NCBI RefSeq assembly: GCF_006345805.1 | Contig: NW_021833452.1 | Location: 1-64,000 of the forward strand | Direction: 5' to 3' | Length of the DNA stretch: 64,000 nt | Origin: Octopus sinensis | Taxonomy: Eukaryota | In this document: one piece after another, positions 24,400 through 38,497 of the stretch | How positions within the stretch are numbered: position 1 is the stretch's first letter | Layout of the letters: each line of letters begins with the position of its first letter | Made by a program: the position numbers and the translations under genes | The notes under the pieces: generated by a model | Seen by the model: the letters and a program-made list of their open reading frames with translations, nothing else | Told to the model about the DNA's origin: nothing | Databases searched by the model: none

Positions 24400-25995
24400 C
24401 CTTGTCCGGGAGAAACCAATGTCGTCAGACGTTATCCTCGTTCGTCGGATGTTTCGACCCTGAACCTTAACACCCTACTGTTGGTGGGTCAACAGAGGTG
24501 GCCTATTCACTGCTCCTCAACTCCTCATGCCTTCCAGCGTTAATCTTACACCAAATCCAGCAAAAGGCTCTTTCAGTTGCCTCTCCCATCATGCGCACAG
24601 CCATCCTTCCCTCCTTACCTCTCATTACAGTTGCTGTAAAAAATCATCCATGCTGACTGGGCAAAGAATCCCCTACAGCCAACCACGACTGGGAATATCC
24701 ATACCTGCCATCCCTTCTCCCTGCAATCCTGCAGAAGGCTCTTATATCTGTCACACTTCCGTTTATGGGCCTCGTTACAACCCGCTCCCCACTTGACTGT
24801 TCGTTCAATTATGATAATTTTCTGGGCCTTTTAAGACCACAGAACCACATCAGGCCTCAGGGTTGCATGGACAACCTGGTGAAACTGAAATCTCTTCCCT
24901 AAGTCTACCTTCATATTCCATGGTTTAGACCCTTGCAGCAATCTACGTATTGCTTTTGCTGGCTTTACTGGTTTCTCTCCCTCTTTCACGAACTTAATTG
25001 CGGCCGTTATCTTCCCTTGGTGATGATGCTTCTTACACCTTTACTGCTCCAGGTTGTGAGCAAGTATTTGTATCTGCCTTGAGGAAGTGTTATTCTGCAC
25101 CCTGCCAAGATGTGTGTCAGAGTGCCCCTTTCCCACAAAGTCTACACAGCTGGTCTTCCCTCAAACCTTATCTGTGCAGGTTTGTTGGCGTCGGGAGTGC
25201 AAAGGTTCCAGCCTCCACAGGTCAGTCCATGTGAGCTTCCTCTTAAGGAGATCCCATTTAGTCCATGCACTCCGAGATACCAACTTCACAGCTCTGATTT
25301 CCTTTCATCTTCCTCCTGGTTCCACATTGCTTTCTGAGGCTTATCCTGCCTCTCCCTGGTGTCTGCTTTCTTCCATTGTTGGAAATAGGAAGAGCCAAGT
25401 CCCTTGCGACCCCAACATGTAGCTCCAATTATGACGCGTAGCTCCAGCATGCCTTCAGCCTGAGCGACAGCGGTGCTAGATATCCACAGCTTGTGGTAAT
25501 ACCTGTATGTCTGCCAAGCTCGTCCTTAGAGTCCCTCTACATCATTACATTACATTTTGCTACTTTAAATTCCTCCATTAAATACGAGAGGGGAAGTTGT
25601 AGCCTTCCAGATCTTATGGACAGGCCTACTGAAGTGAAGCTTGGGAAACTCCGAGCAATCTTCGGAGGTATTTAGTTATCTTTCTCTCCACCCTTTCCAC
25701 ATTTGTCATTGGAAACTCATACAGCGTCAGCAAGCATATGAGTCTTGGGAGCAGTCTGTGTTGGTAGAGCCATGCCCTGAACTTTCCTTGAAGCCCTGAT
25801 CTATCAATCCTCATCAGCTACTCCTCTGCTTGCTTCACAATTTTGGTGACATTGCCTCTCTCTGACAGCGACTTGTCAAACATCTTTTCAAGGCATTTAC
25901 TAGGATTTACCTCTATTGATAGAATGCTCTCTGCACTTGGACCCTGATTTTGTTGGTTACCTTACTGCCCTCCCTGATTACCATGCTCTCCGAAA
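24400..25995 (-). mobile_element. Degenerate non-LTR retrotransposon 3' half (R2/NeSL/HERO-like)
   Basis: GLQGKFRAWLYQHRLLPRLICLLTLYEFP thumb-region motif, many disruptions. Confidence 0.7.
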
Positions 25996-27349
25996 TGCTT
26001 AGGAAGATGGTTCAATTCATGCACAAGCTCAATGACGAGAAAGAAAACCACTTTATGTTTGTCACTGAATCTAATACAAAGTAATTATTTGAGACTAGAT
26101 ATCTGTGGGAACTTCTAGATGACACCAACTTCTGTTGAATATGTTCAAAATCTGAAAAAGTGGATACAAATGAAAGGAAACGATGGGGGAATAAAAACAT
26201 AAATAAGGCAGTGCTTCATTTTAAATTAAGTGCTTCGTTACTACTTTGTAGCCATACAAAATGTTAAAAGGTGTGAGGTGTTCATACACAACTGTATTAC
26301 ATCTGTTTAGACAACAATAGTGATACGAGGTCATTCGGAGAAAGAGTGCTTGTGGCCTGGTTTTTTAGTTTGGCGCCAGGCAAACGGATAAGCCTTTTGT
26401 CCTGTCGGTTTCTGGAGAAATTTATGTGTTTGGAAGAGACCTTTGACCCTTTTCCGGTCAGGGAAAGTTTAAGAGATCACCCTTTAAAATGCGACGCGCT
26501 GGGTTTGTTTGGGCAGTTCGGCCGGAGACAGTGAATTGGCAACAGGGCAGTTTAGGAGTTCTGTCTGTGACAGTGAAATGGCAACAGGGCAGTAGTCGAT
26601 GCGAAGATGGTGATGGGAGAGGCAGCGACAACGTTGAGAAAGACATACACAGAGAATTGGGAGCGAAAGTGAGAGAGTACGGCGGAAAGGCACGGCTATT
26701 GTAACTAGAAAATGTAACGGTAAAGTTTTGTTTATGCTTTAATGTGAATTGTTTTAAAAAGAGAAGGAAAAGAGGAAGAAAAGAAATGAGATTATAAAGA
26801 ACATTGTGAACTGATGTGAAATGTAAAAGAAAGAGAAAGACTTTAATGTAGAACATTGTTTCGAACTATATTGCATCAGTTTGAACTGTTTTGATTTGTC
26901 TCCGGACTTGGTGTATCGTGAACTGTTTGATTGTTTTCGAACGACGTGTTATGTTTAAATGCTTTGATTTTGTTGTTTTCTTGTTAATTCTGTTGCATGT
27001 TATTTTCTTTAATGTATCTGCTATGTTTCACATTGTATTTGATGTTGTAATAATTGTTATAAACTGTTCTTAAACGTAAGAAATCGCCTTCCGCCGTCTC
27101 TCTATCTCTTCCTCCTGTTGTTGTTGTTGTTATCTCCGGTCACCGGTTCGAGTTCGCTGCCATCCCCCCACCACAGTTTTCTCTCTGTGGCGAATTCCCC
27201 GTTCGACTGAGCTGGTCAATCGTCGTCGCTCGACTTAGTAGGTATGATGGTCATTAAGAAAGTAAAGGATGCTTCTTTCTGCATTTCACCATATGTCAGC
27301 TTTCTTCACTCCTAATTTAAAACCAAGATTTCTGGTCTCCTACCAACAG

Positions 27350-28180
27350 AATCTTTATAAATTTAACAGAATCATCCTACCGACTGCTTCCTAACCATGA
27401 TGGTCCTATACCAGGGATTCTCAAACATTTTAAATGTGGTTTCTTTTCATTTACCAAGGATTTCTCAATGTTCCTTACCTTCCTACGACTCTATATAACA
27501 CATTTTTAATGTCGTTTCAATTAATACCATATCAGATTAATTTCCCTCTCGATCCTAGTCTTGACATAGGTGACTACTTACCACAGAACCTTCACCAGAA
27601 TAAGTGAATACTTGATGCTTCACCACTTAGTTTTCTTTACTGATCCAACCGTTGATACATAGCTTCAGTTAAACTCGGGTACACATTCTTTGTGTTTCAT
27701 ATATACATAACCTCATATAATATTTTCCCATAGCGTCCCCACACATGGGTAGTACTGACCTCACTGGGAAATCTTGCTCAATATTCCTACAGACAATATC
27801 TTATCGAGTGACTACCATCCAGTCATTATAACTTCCAATGTTTCAATTATGAAGTTAAAAGTTACAAACAACCATCATATTTGTCCCTTTAGGTATCTTT
27901 CATTATTCAATGAACACCAGTACAATTTTATAAAGCCAGATCAAGTACCTGTGTGACACACCAGTGTTTTCATATGTTTGACAAAATCTGCATAAAATGG
28001 TGTAGCCCTTGACATCAGTAAAACTTTCGACTACGTATGGCAAGAGGACTTCTTTAAAAAGTCACCATCCATCTATGGGCTCCATTTGTCTCTCTTCTCC
28101 TCTGAAAATTTCATATCAGAATACCCCCTTTCAGTGTGTGATGATGGGTTTCTCTCTCATTCACATTCCATCTACATTGC
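27350..28180 (+). mobile_element. Highly decayed LINE fragment
   Basis: VALDISKTFDYVW RT motif near 28002-28040. Confidence 0.5.
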
Positions 28181-28572
28181 CAAGCTAAAAATTCGGTCAA
28201 GAATAATATTCTTTTCTACTCAAGGCACAATGCCTGACATTTTGGTGGAGGGGGCCAGTCGATTAGACCGACCGCAGAAGGCTACTAGTACTTAATATAT
28301 CAACCTAGAAAAGATGACAAAAAAAGTCGACCTCGGCGAAATTTGATCTCAGAACGTAAACACAGACGAAATACTGCTAAACATTTCACCTGGCGTGCTA
28401 ACGATTCTGCCAACTCGCTGCCTTGGTCAAGAATTTTATTATAACATTAATGGCAATTAGAGGAAAGAGATGAAGAAAGAAATGAAATATTATGGAGAAA
28501 TATATGCAGTTAGTTTGAAGTATTCAAATTGCCTATAAAATAATAAAGAAAGCAATAAACAGAACAACTTAC

Positions 28573-28650
28573 TTCGCCTGGCTTCTCCTCAATTAAGATT
28601 TTCAATCCTTCCACATCATTATTTCTAATTTTATTAAAGATTGAGGCCAT
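28573..28650 (-). CDS. ANK-RING gene, first coding exon seen (MASIFNKIRNNDVEGLKILIEEKPGE)
   Basis: TTCAG acceptor 5 nt upstream of the ATG at 28650; GTAAG donor at 28572; phase 0; partial ankyrin helix pattern. Confidence 0.8.
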
Positions 28651-29250
28651 GTCTTCTGAATAAAAGATGTCAAAAAAAGAGTAAAACAGTTTTTAAAAAC
28701 TAATAAAATGGGGTAAACAACAATAAATAGAAATTGATGATTCTAAAATCTTGCATAAGATAACATTGATATTGTAAACTTCAGTTTTTTTTAAGTATTA
28801 TTCATAGCTGAATGTTCTTCTTGACACTAATAAACCTAACAGCAGTCATTGTGTTGTATCTCTAGGTTAGATTACAGATTGACTGGGTACTATTAAACCC
28901 CCAATAATGGAATGTACAGTCTGTTGATCAGCTACAAAGGGGTAGCGTACATGTTGAGCTATAAATCTGTGGATCATACCCCAGCTACGGTGGAGGGTAC
29001 TTTATATCAAAGACAAACTCATTCTCCAAAGAAAGGTAAATTTACGAAAAATAGTAAAAGAATCAATGAAACAGAGTTTGTTCAATAAAACCTCCTGTAT
29101 TGATCTTTGTCGAAACACTAGCAAAGTAAATGAGATCACATCAGACACTATCAACAAGTTCTTACTTTATAGATTTTTGCAAATATCTTTATGACTATTC
29201 ATAATTATTTAATAAATTTCCCTTATATATACATATATACATACATATTT

Positions 29251-29284
<34 letters not shown>

Positions 29285-29506
29285 CATCACCAGCATCACT
29301 TAACGTCCATACTTTTCATCCATTCATGAGTAAGATAGATGACAGGTGTCGGCCAGGTACCCTAGGAAGGAATTATACGGGTGGATGCCCTTCCAAACGC
29401 CAACCACCAGTTTTGTCCCACTGTATGACACCTTGGGCAAGTACCCAGTGAAAAACCTGCCAAAATGAAGTGTTTGTGTTTGTGTGTGTATGTGCCTGTG
29501 CATATA

Positions 29507-29537
<31 letters not shown>

Positions 29538-29542
<5 letters not shown>

Positions 29543-29560
29543 TATATATATATATGTATG

Positions 29561-29634
<74 letters not shown>

Positions 29635-30186
29635 ATGTATTTGTGTGTGTCTGAGTGTATTTTTCCATTTGCTTTTACTGAAAATTGCTCAGCTATGAAC
29701 GATTAGATTATAATTTTCCCTGTTAATAGACAAACTATTGGAATAAGTGATCCCTTGAACAACAGGTAAGCGTTAATAACATGAAGGGGATCCAGATGCA
29801 GAAAGATTGGATGAATAATATACTCATACAACCAATGGTAGTATGGAGAAAAGGTGTAAAATGATTGCTTTATATGCATATATACGTACATATATAAGCC
29901 TATGTATGTGTATACTCGTGTGTATGTGTGAGTAGCTGTATGGCATAGTGATTCGGATGTTACCCTCACAATAGTTAGATCGTGGGTTTGATTCTTGCAA
30001 TGCCCTTCATTTCCCATTGCTGTAAATGGGCGACCATACGATGGACAAGACTTCCGAATGTTCGCCTGCTTTCCTAACCAGTGGAGTGACATCATTCAAA
30101 ACGTAAAACAATGCAAAGCACATTGTGATCAGTGATATGTAACATGTGACAGTGTAGTCGATCATGTATATATATATATATGTATG

Positions 30187-30260
<74 letters not shown>

Positions 30261-30789
30261 ATGTATTTGTGTGTGTCTGAGTGTATTTTTCCATTTGCTT
30301 TTACTGAAAATTGCTCAGCTATGAACGATTAGATTATAATTTTCCCTGTTAATAGACAAACTATTGGAATAAGTGATCCCTTGAACAACAGGTAAGCGTT
30401 AATAACATGAAGGGGATCCAGATGCAGAAAGATTGGATGAATAATATACTCATACAACCAATGGTAGTATGGAGAAAAGGTGTAAAATGATTGCTTTATA
30501 TGCATATATACGTACATATATAAGCCTATGTATGTGTATACTCGTGTGTATGTGTGAGTAGCTGTATGGCATAGTGATTCGGATGTTACCCTCACAATAG
30601 TTAGATCGTGGGTTTGATTCTTGCAATGCCCTTCATTTCCCATTGCTGTAAATGGGCGACCATACGATGGACAAGACTTCCGAATGTTCGCCTGCTTTCC
30701 TAACCAGTGGAGTGACATCATTCAAAACGTAAAACAATGCAAAGCACATTGTGATCAGTGATATGTAACATGTGACAGTGTAGTCGATC
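29538..30789. repeat. Apparently exact 626-bp tandem duplication containing a SINE
   Basis: Identical 130-aa ORFs at 29703 and 30329; units bounded by (TA)n. Confidence 0.95.
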
Positions 30790-30835
<46 letters not shown>

Positions 30836-30844
30836 GTATGTATT

Positions 30845-31860
30845 TATACCTTCAGCACATCCTTCAGTGAGGTGAATGCTCTCCATCCTGCTCTTACCCT
30901 TCGCGACATCCCATTCTCCATCTCTCGCCTCTAATCGCTTCTTGACCAAGATACACATCGCTGTCCATCTCTTCTATTTCATCGCCCCAACTGCTGGTTG
31001 ACCAATCGGTGTGCCTTCAGACTGTATGTACTTGGTTTTCATAAGATTGATCTTAGAAGCCGAGTGTCGAATCATTGAAATTTAGTTCGTCCATCATGGT
31101 CTGCAGCTGGTCGCTGTTCTCCGCTCTCAGCGCTATGTTGTCAGCGAAAGTTAGAACCTAGACAAGGCCATTCACACCAATCACTTCAGCAGCACACATT
31201 TGCCTGCAATGCTATACACATGTGGGACTTGGGCCTTGTTGAAGAGGTAACAACTGCTTACAGTGCAGAGATCCATAGAAACGTTGATGTAAGGAATCTG
31301 GCCAAGAGATCACACCTGGAACGAGGATATCAGGAATAGAAATGAAGTGAAGGACATCGTCGCAAAATACCACCACACAAAGCTACGATGGTCCGCTCAT
31401 GTCGCAAGAGTCACAAACCGTGCAGTTGTAAGGTGATCGAACACACAGTCAGAGGTTACACATCACTAAACACAATGCGCTTTGCATCGTTTTAACATTC
31501 TGATGATGTTAACCCACTGGTTAAGAAAGCAGGCCAACATTATGAAGTCCAGTCTGTCGTAGGGTTAACCATTTACATCAATGGGAAAGGAATTGTTTCG
31601 CACAAGATCACAAAGCGACACCCTGTCAAGGAATCAAACCCACGATCTTGCAATTGTGAGGCCAACACCCTAACCACTAGACCATACAGCTCCACACACT
31701 TGCGAATGGAAGAAGCCACTCAGAAGACCTCCAGCCAGATGCGAAGTTGATTAAATAATAAATGTTTAGAAGAACCTGGAGGAGCAATACGAGAGCATAA
31801 GTGGAATGGAGCAAATTCTGTGGGCAGTGGAGCCGAATCGGCACCAGACAGCCTGGCCAA
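30845..31860. mobile_element. Rearranged RTE-like LINE fragments with a nested SINE (31445-31695, -)
   Basis: Minus-strand FADNIAL..DQLQTMMDEL..KINLMKTKY, followed by plus-strand 3'-end remnants. Confidence 0.6.
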
Positions 31861-31866
31861 TATATA

Positions 31867-33852
31867 TCTTTATATACATTAAACTGAGAATGTGGGTCTG
31901 TCTGTCTGTGTGTTTCCCTAAAACTTGAGAACTACACAACCAATTTCATTCAAATTTTACACATGCCTTAATTAAGGTCCGGGGAGTGTCATCGGCAAAA
32001 ACATTCTTTTAACTTTTTGCCTAGAGCGAGCCCACAGCAATATCATATTTTCTCCACTATGATTCCCTAAAACTTGAGAACTGCACAACCAATTCCATTC
32101 AAATTTTACACATGCCTTACTTAGGGTCCATGTAGTCTCATGGGCAAAAAAATGTTCAACTTCTTCTTTAGAGCGAGCCCATATCAATATCATATCTTCT
32201 CCACTATTTCAGAATTTCGTGTTAAAAGTGAAACAAAAACGCTTCTCTATTTTATGTCAGATACTTTTACGTTAACAATAAAAATAATAAACAATTGAAT
32301 GATATGTAGTAAGTAATAATTTTAAAATCAAACTAAAAGTATAATATAATCGTAACCTAACAAAAGTACAAAATAGCATTTGGTATAAAATTGTATCAAT
32401 GATTTGAACTTGAATAAGTGGTTTCACATGAATGGGAATAAATGAAAAATAAAATTAGCATGAAGAAATGGAATAGTCCAGATGGATAAGAACCAAATTA
32501 AATTGTATATATATATAGTACTATATTAGTATATATATATATTAATATTATATGGCTGACGGTTTAGTAAGGAGACACACAAATAAGAACGAGAGAACAG
32601 CAAGGACCATTTGATGCGGTCACAGGAGTGCGACGACGACGAAAAGAACTCTGGCCGAAATAAGATTAAGATTAATGTAAAAAATAAATAACACTGAAGC
32701 AAAGTAACACCAAATATATTGTGCGTGTGTTTTTATTGGCTAAACTGGCAAAATGACCATTCCAAAATACAACAATATATGTTTTAAAACACAACTTCAC
32801 ATAAAAATTCTTGCTCAACAAATATATTTTTTAGTGTTTTACTTGTTTCGGGCATTAGACAGCAGCCATGCTGGAGCACCACCTTCAAGGGTTTTGGTTG
32901 AACAAACCGACCCCGGGGCGTTTATTTAGCCTAATACTTATTTCATCAGTATCTTTAAGCGAACCACTAAGTTATGGGAGTCAAATGCCATGGCTTGACG
33001 GGATTGAACCCGGAATCATATGGTTGGGAAGCAAGCTTCTTATCGCTCAGCCATGCTTGTGACAAAATATATAAATATATGCATATATAAATTGTTTTTC
33101 TGTCTTGGGAGGATCATATGCCAACATTATTAACACACGCACTGGTTCAGTTTCATTCCTTTATTATTAGTCTATACTAAATTAATCTATTTCCTATGCA
33201 TGCACACATACATACACACACATAAACATACATATGTATATATAAAGATAGGGGAAATTTTACAGGACCGATTTTTATGAAGTTTTATAAACGAATGAAA
33301 TAAAGGGACCTCATTGAATTTAGAAACGACAAAAATGAAATGCATGTTACGGGATTTATTTTTGATGTTTTAAATATTTTACTTCAGGACAAACAAGATG
33401 AAGCGTAAAAGATAACATAACATTTTTCTGTAATCCGAAGCCCAACGCTCCGAAAGTCGAAGGGTTATGGAAACACAAGAAAGACAGGCACCAGTGTAAG
33501 GGACAAAGAAATGCCGTGGAGATACAACAGCAACGAGAAGTAAAAAGGCCAGTTTCAAACGAGTAGACAAGTCCACCAGGTGTGACACGAAACACCAGAG
33601 GAGAAATGGCAAAGCTTAACTGAATATACGTTAACAGAACAACTTCAGAGTAACGCAGATAGAAACGAACGTTCCAGAGAACAGGAACTATCTGACCAAC
33701 TGCAAGTCAGTTTGGAATTTAGGACGTTTTCTTGTGAAGAGTGGCGACTAGTAGCCTTTAGCTGAGATTTTATAGATAAGCATTACGAAAGATGCCTTTT
33801 GAATAGATTTGTGTACAGTGCATACCGGGGCAAAGGCCGGGTGACTTGCTAG
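31867..33852 (+). mobile_element. Non-autonomous Helitron with nested SINE (32838-33058)
   Basis: A|TC 5' end; 3' CCGG-GGCAAAGG-CCGG hairpin, then CTAG|T; subterminal tandem repeat 31914-32210; decayed ET.E..-type repeat coding remnant at 33400-33700. Confidence 0.75.
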
Positions 33853-34167
33853 TATATATATTCTAAATACACATATTTTGTATATTAATATATACATGCT
33901 ATATATATGCATACGAAGAACTTACGTTATTTATATATATATTAATCATATGTATGTATGTATGTATATATATATACATATACATACATACATATATATA
34001 TATATATACCTATATACACATATATATACACACACACATATATATATATACACACATATATATATACATATATATATACACATATATACATATATACATA
34101 TATATACATATATATATATACATATCTATATACATATATATACATATATATTCACACACACACACAC

Positions 34168-34205
<38 letters not shown>

Positions 34206-34520
34206 TTATACATGTGCATATATATATACATATATATAATAATAAGAGTAAATAGTTCCTATAATGGTTTTTAAAAAACCAACAATTACTTACTGGTAGA
34301 ATTCGGTATGTAAATATAACCAATTAACGGTAGGAACTTCTGTAAAGTTCAATATATATATTGTATATAGATAAATGGGGCAGGCAACAGGTTGCTTGGC
34401 CGCATACCAAAAAATTAGAAATAGCAGTCAAGACTGTTTATTTATGTTTTCTACAAGTGGGACTCCACATACGACATATTTCTGTAATTCACCACTTGTA
34501 GAAAACAGAAATAAACAGTC

Positions 34521-34551
<31 letters not shown>

Positions 34552-34639
34552 CATGCATATATATATATATATATTATCTACTTATATATACATACATATA
34601 TATACAAACTTATATATACAAACATATATATATGTATAC

Positions 34640-34670
<31 letters not shown>

Positions 34671-35940
34671 CATACATACATATATATATATACATATATA
34701 TAAATACATAGTTATATATACGTATATATGTATATATATGTGTACTAAAGAGTCATCTTCGTAGTCATAAAGCGGGACAGATGAGTGACAACCTGGCCAC
34801 TGGTGGTGGTGTAACACACCATACTAATCATAACTGTCGGGTATGTGGAAGAGAGTGTAATTCGACAGGAGGACTTAAACGCGATGCAAAGGTACATGAA
34901 GCCCAGTTACAACTACAGCCGGCTATTACCGGTAAAGGTCTTAGTTGCATTTTGTACAAGTCCATTGTAGATCTTGAGATGGGCTAAAAAGTCACATTCG
35001 ATCACAGCACCAGTAACAGTGAAGTTTTCGTGCAATGGGCATACTCGATAACGAGGGGGCAGCCATAATATATATATATATATATATATATTATATGATA
35101 TATATATAATGCATACATACATAATATATATACATATATATATATACACACAATATATACATATATAAGTATACATATATATATATATAAACATATGTAT
35201 ATATATGTATATATATATACATATATATATAAACATATATATAATATACACACATATAAACATATATCATCATATATATATATAAACATATATATCATAT
35301 ACATACATATAGACATATATGTATACAAACTTATACATGTATGTGTTATATAAAATTCTTTCTTTGTGTGTATGTGTGGTGTGTTGTGCGTGTGTATGTG
35401 TGTGTGTGTGTGTGTGTGTGTTCTAGGAACTCGGGCAGCCTCCATCCGATTGCGCTCAAATTTGTCGGTATCAAAGCGTGTATAAGTCTTGAAAAAATTA
35501 CAAAAATCGATTCCAGGTGAGAATGCGATCGATAAAACCGTCGGAACGTGCATTTGTACGCGCAAGTACATCAGCTGTTGCGAACCATACTACGCGTAAG
35601 CGAGACAAATGCACGTGCACTTTGCGCAAAAAAGGCCGGATGGCTTGAAATAATGTCACAAAATGCAGTATATTTAAGAGACCGAAAAGAGATATTTTCT
35701 TCAAACTTGACATGAAGGAAGGAAAGACTATTTGGTTTCTAAAGAAATTTTTTTTGCCTTAACTTTGTTGAACAAAACTAAAAAAATTATTGAAATAAAG
35801 GCTTGATTAATTATATCTTAATGAAAAGAAAACACTGATTGCTTTTTATTCAGCAGATGTGATTCAGCACCGTCCATTGGACTGGGGGGCGTTTTATTCG
35901 TACGTATATACAAACATATACATACATATATATATCATAT

Positions 35941-36009
<69 letters not shown>

Positions 36010-36023
36010 ATACAATATACATA

Positions 36024-36074
<51 letters not shown>

Positions 36075-36080
<6 letters not shown>

Positions 36081-36386
36081 CGTAATCACCATGACCGACC
36101 AGGCTGTCAGATATTGCTACACATCGCTGGTTACAATGCGCTTCGCATTGTTTTAGCCTTCGAATGACGCTACCCCGCTGGCTAAGCGAGCAGCCCAACA
36201 GAAGAAAGAGTGAGAGAAAGTTGTGGCGAAAGGGTACAGCAGGGATCACCACCACCACCTGCCGGAGCCTCGTGGGGCTTTAGGTGTTTTCGCTCAATGA
36301 ACACTCACAACGCCCGGTCTGGGAATCGAAATCGCGATCCTACGACTTCGAGTCCGCTGCCCTAACCACTGGGCCATTGTGCCTCC
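36075..36386 (-). mobile_element. Full-length tRNA-derived SINE, family A
   Basis: Reverse complement of the 3532-3838 family. Confidence 0.88.
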
Positions 36387-36396
36387 ACACACACAC

Positions 36397-36433
<37 letters not shown>

Positions 36434-36531
36434 ATATATATATCGATATTAATAATACAATAATTGTTTCTTGTCAGGAACAAAAAGATTAATAGGACTA
36501 CTGTAGAAGTGCTCTATTGGAAGAGACAAAA

Positions 36532-36657
36532 ATATCAAACTAAAATTATTGAATAAACAAATGCAAGGTCATCCGCATATCATTTCATAATTCGAACATT
36601 TAATTATAGAATAAACATATAACCCGCAGGATGGAACAAAATTCATCTGTACAGCAC

Positions 36658-36691
<34 letters not shown>

Positions 36692-37119
36692 GGTGCGAGA
36701 AAAATTCCTATCATTAAAAATTTAGATTTAATATTTTAGCGATTCAGAGAAAATACATTTATAAAAAGACGTAGAAAGTAAAATATAATATAAGTAATAT
36801 ATAAAAATATATAGGTATATAAAAAATATAGGGTATAAAAAATATATAAAAATATATATATATATTATATATATATATATATACATATAGGAGCATATAA
36901 AAACATATATAATATATATCATGTAAATAAATTAAAGTAAGGTTCATCGTTTAGAAATCTTATTAAATAAATAATTCAGGTAAAATAAGCCTTATAAGTA
37001 AGAAGGAAATCATGTTTCCTTATCCCTATGGCCATTTCAGGGGTGTATTATGTTTAAAGCACTCTGAATCGCTAAAATATTAAATCTAAATTTTTAATGA
37101 TAGGAATTTTTCTCGCACC

Positions 37120-37196
<77 letters not shown>

Positions 37197-37362
37197 TATT
37201 ATTATTATTTTATTATTATTATTATTATTATTTTATTATTATGTGCTATACAGATGAATTTTGTTCCATCCTGCGGGTTATATGTTTATTCTATAATTAA
37301 ATGTTCGAATTATGAAATGATATGCGGATGACCTTGCATTTGTTTATTCAATAATTTTAGTT

Positions 37363-37368
<6 letters not shown>
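36532..37368. repeat. Near-perfect inverted repeat in (TA)n, Penelope-like inverted terminal arrangement
   Basis: 36532-36749 vs 37062-37368; the arms differ mainly in (AAT)n length. Confidence 0.9.
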
Positions 37369-37435
<67 letters not shown>

Positions 37436-37442
37436 ATGTATA

Positions 37443-37474
<32 letters not shown>

Positions 37475-37490
37475 CGTATATATATATCTA

Positions 37491-37533
<43 letters not shown>

Positions 37534-37560
37534 ATATATATATATATACGTACATATATA

Positions 37561-37609
<49 letters not shown>

Positions 37610-37648
37610 TATATCTATATACGTATATATTATATATATATACGTATG

Positions 37649-37722
<74 letters not shown>

Positions 37723-37964
37723 TATACCTATATATAGCCTCCACTCCGTTTTTTTTTTGTATGTGCATGTGTATATATTAATATATGTGATTCTGTGTGA
37801 ATGAATACGTATATATGTGTATGAGCGTTTCTCTGCGTGTATGTATGTGTAAGGTCCATGTTTTCGGGTGTGTAGACGTCTCTTTATATACCTGTTTATG
37901 TATGGGTATATATGTGTGTGTGTGTGTATGTGGGTGTGTGTCAGTGTTTGTATGTGTGCGTGTA

Positions 37965-38170
37965 CTCTTTTACTTGTTTCAGTCATTTGACTGTGACCAT
38001 GATGGAGCACCACCTTTAGTCGAGCATATCGACGCCAGGACTTATTCTTTGTAAGCCTAGTACTTATTCTGTCGAAATCTTTTACCGAACCTCTAAGTTA
38101 CGGGGACGTAAACACACCAGCATCGGTTGTCAAGCGATGTTGGAGGGGACAAATACAGACACACAAGAAT

Positions 38171-38175
<5 letters not shown>
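37965..38175 (-). mobile_element. SINE family B, 3' part
   Basis: Matches 42963-43345. Confidence 0.8.
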
Positions 38176-38205
<30 letters not shown>

Positions 38206-38299
38206 AGCATATATTTACCAGGTGGTGCTATAAGGTTAGACATGGCGTGGACCAATCTTTGCTCGAAACATATCTAAGTTTATCTATTATATATTTCAA

Positions 38300-38497
38300 A
38301 TATTCAACAAAAAATATAACGATGTTTAACAAAAACATCTTTAAATGATTATTCCAGAGCATATTCACCATCTACTTCAATTTCTGCTTCTCATTTGCTT
38401 GGCAGACGGTCACACCGTTATTTAAAGATGTTTTTGATAAATATTTTTATTGTTATTGTTGAATAAAATTTGTTGAAAAAACGCCGCAATAATTATG
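38300..38497. mobile_element. Truncated Mariner-type MITE
   Basis: Homologous to 46612-46860, self-complementary arms. Confidence 0.7.

Larger units (their letters stand above)
1760..28650 (-). other. Spliced gene (3' end outside window): ankyrin-repeat + C3HC4 RING putative E3 ubiquitin ligase (MIB/XBAT-like ANK-RING architecture, no MIB-HERC2/ZZ domain seen)
   Basis: Ten exons with canonical AG/GT sites and matching phases (78+152+148+155+37+210+176+140+51+78 nt) join into one open frame of about 408 codons with repeated TPLHxA ankyrin motifs and a RING finger. Confidence 0.9.

Noticed and set aside
24420-24465. GAAAC...CUGACGA on the minus strand at the LINE 3' end as a permuted hammerhead
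   Set aside because: No stem I can be formed between the putative cleavage site and CUGACGA
1760-28650. Assigning the symbol MIB2 or MIB1
   Set aside because: Only ANK plus one RING are visible; orthology cannot be shown without a search
33878-38054. Many YI/IY-repeat ORFs
   Set aside because: (TA)n and (CATA)n microsatellites
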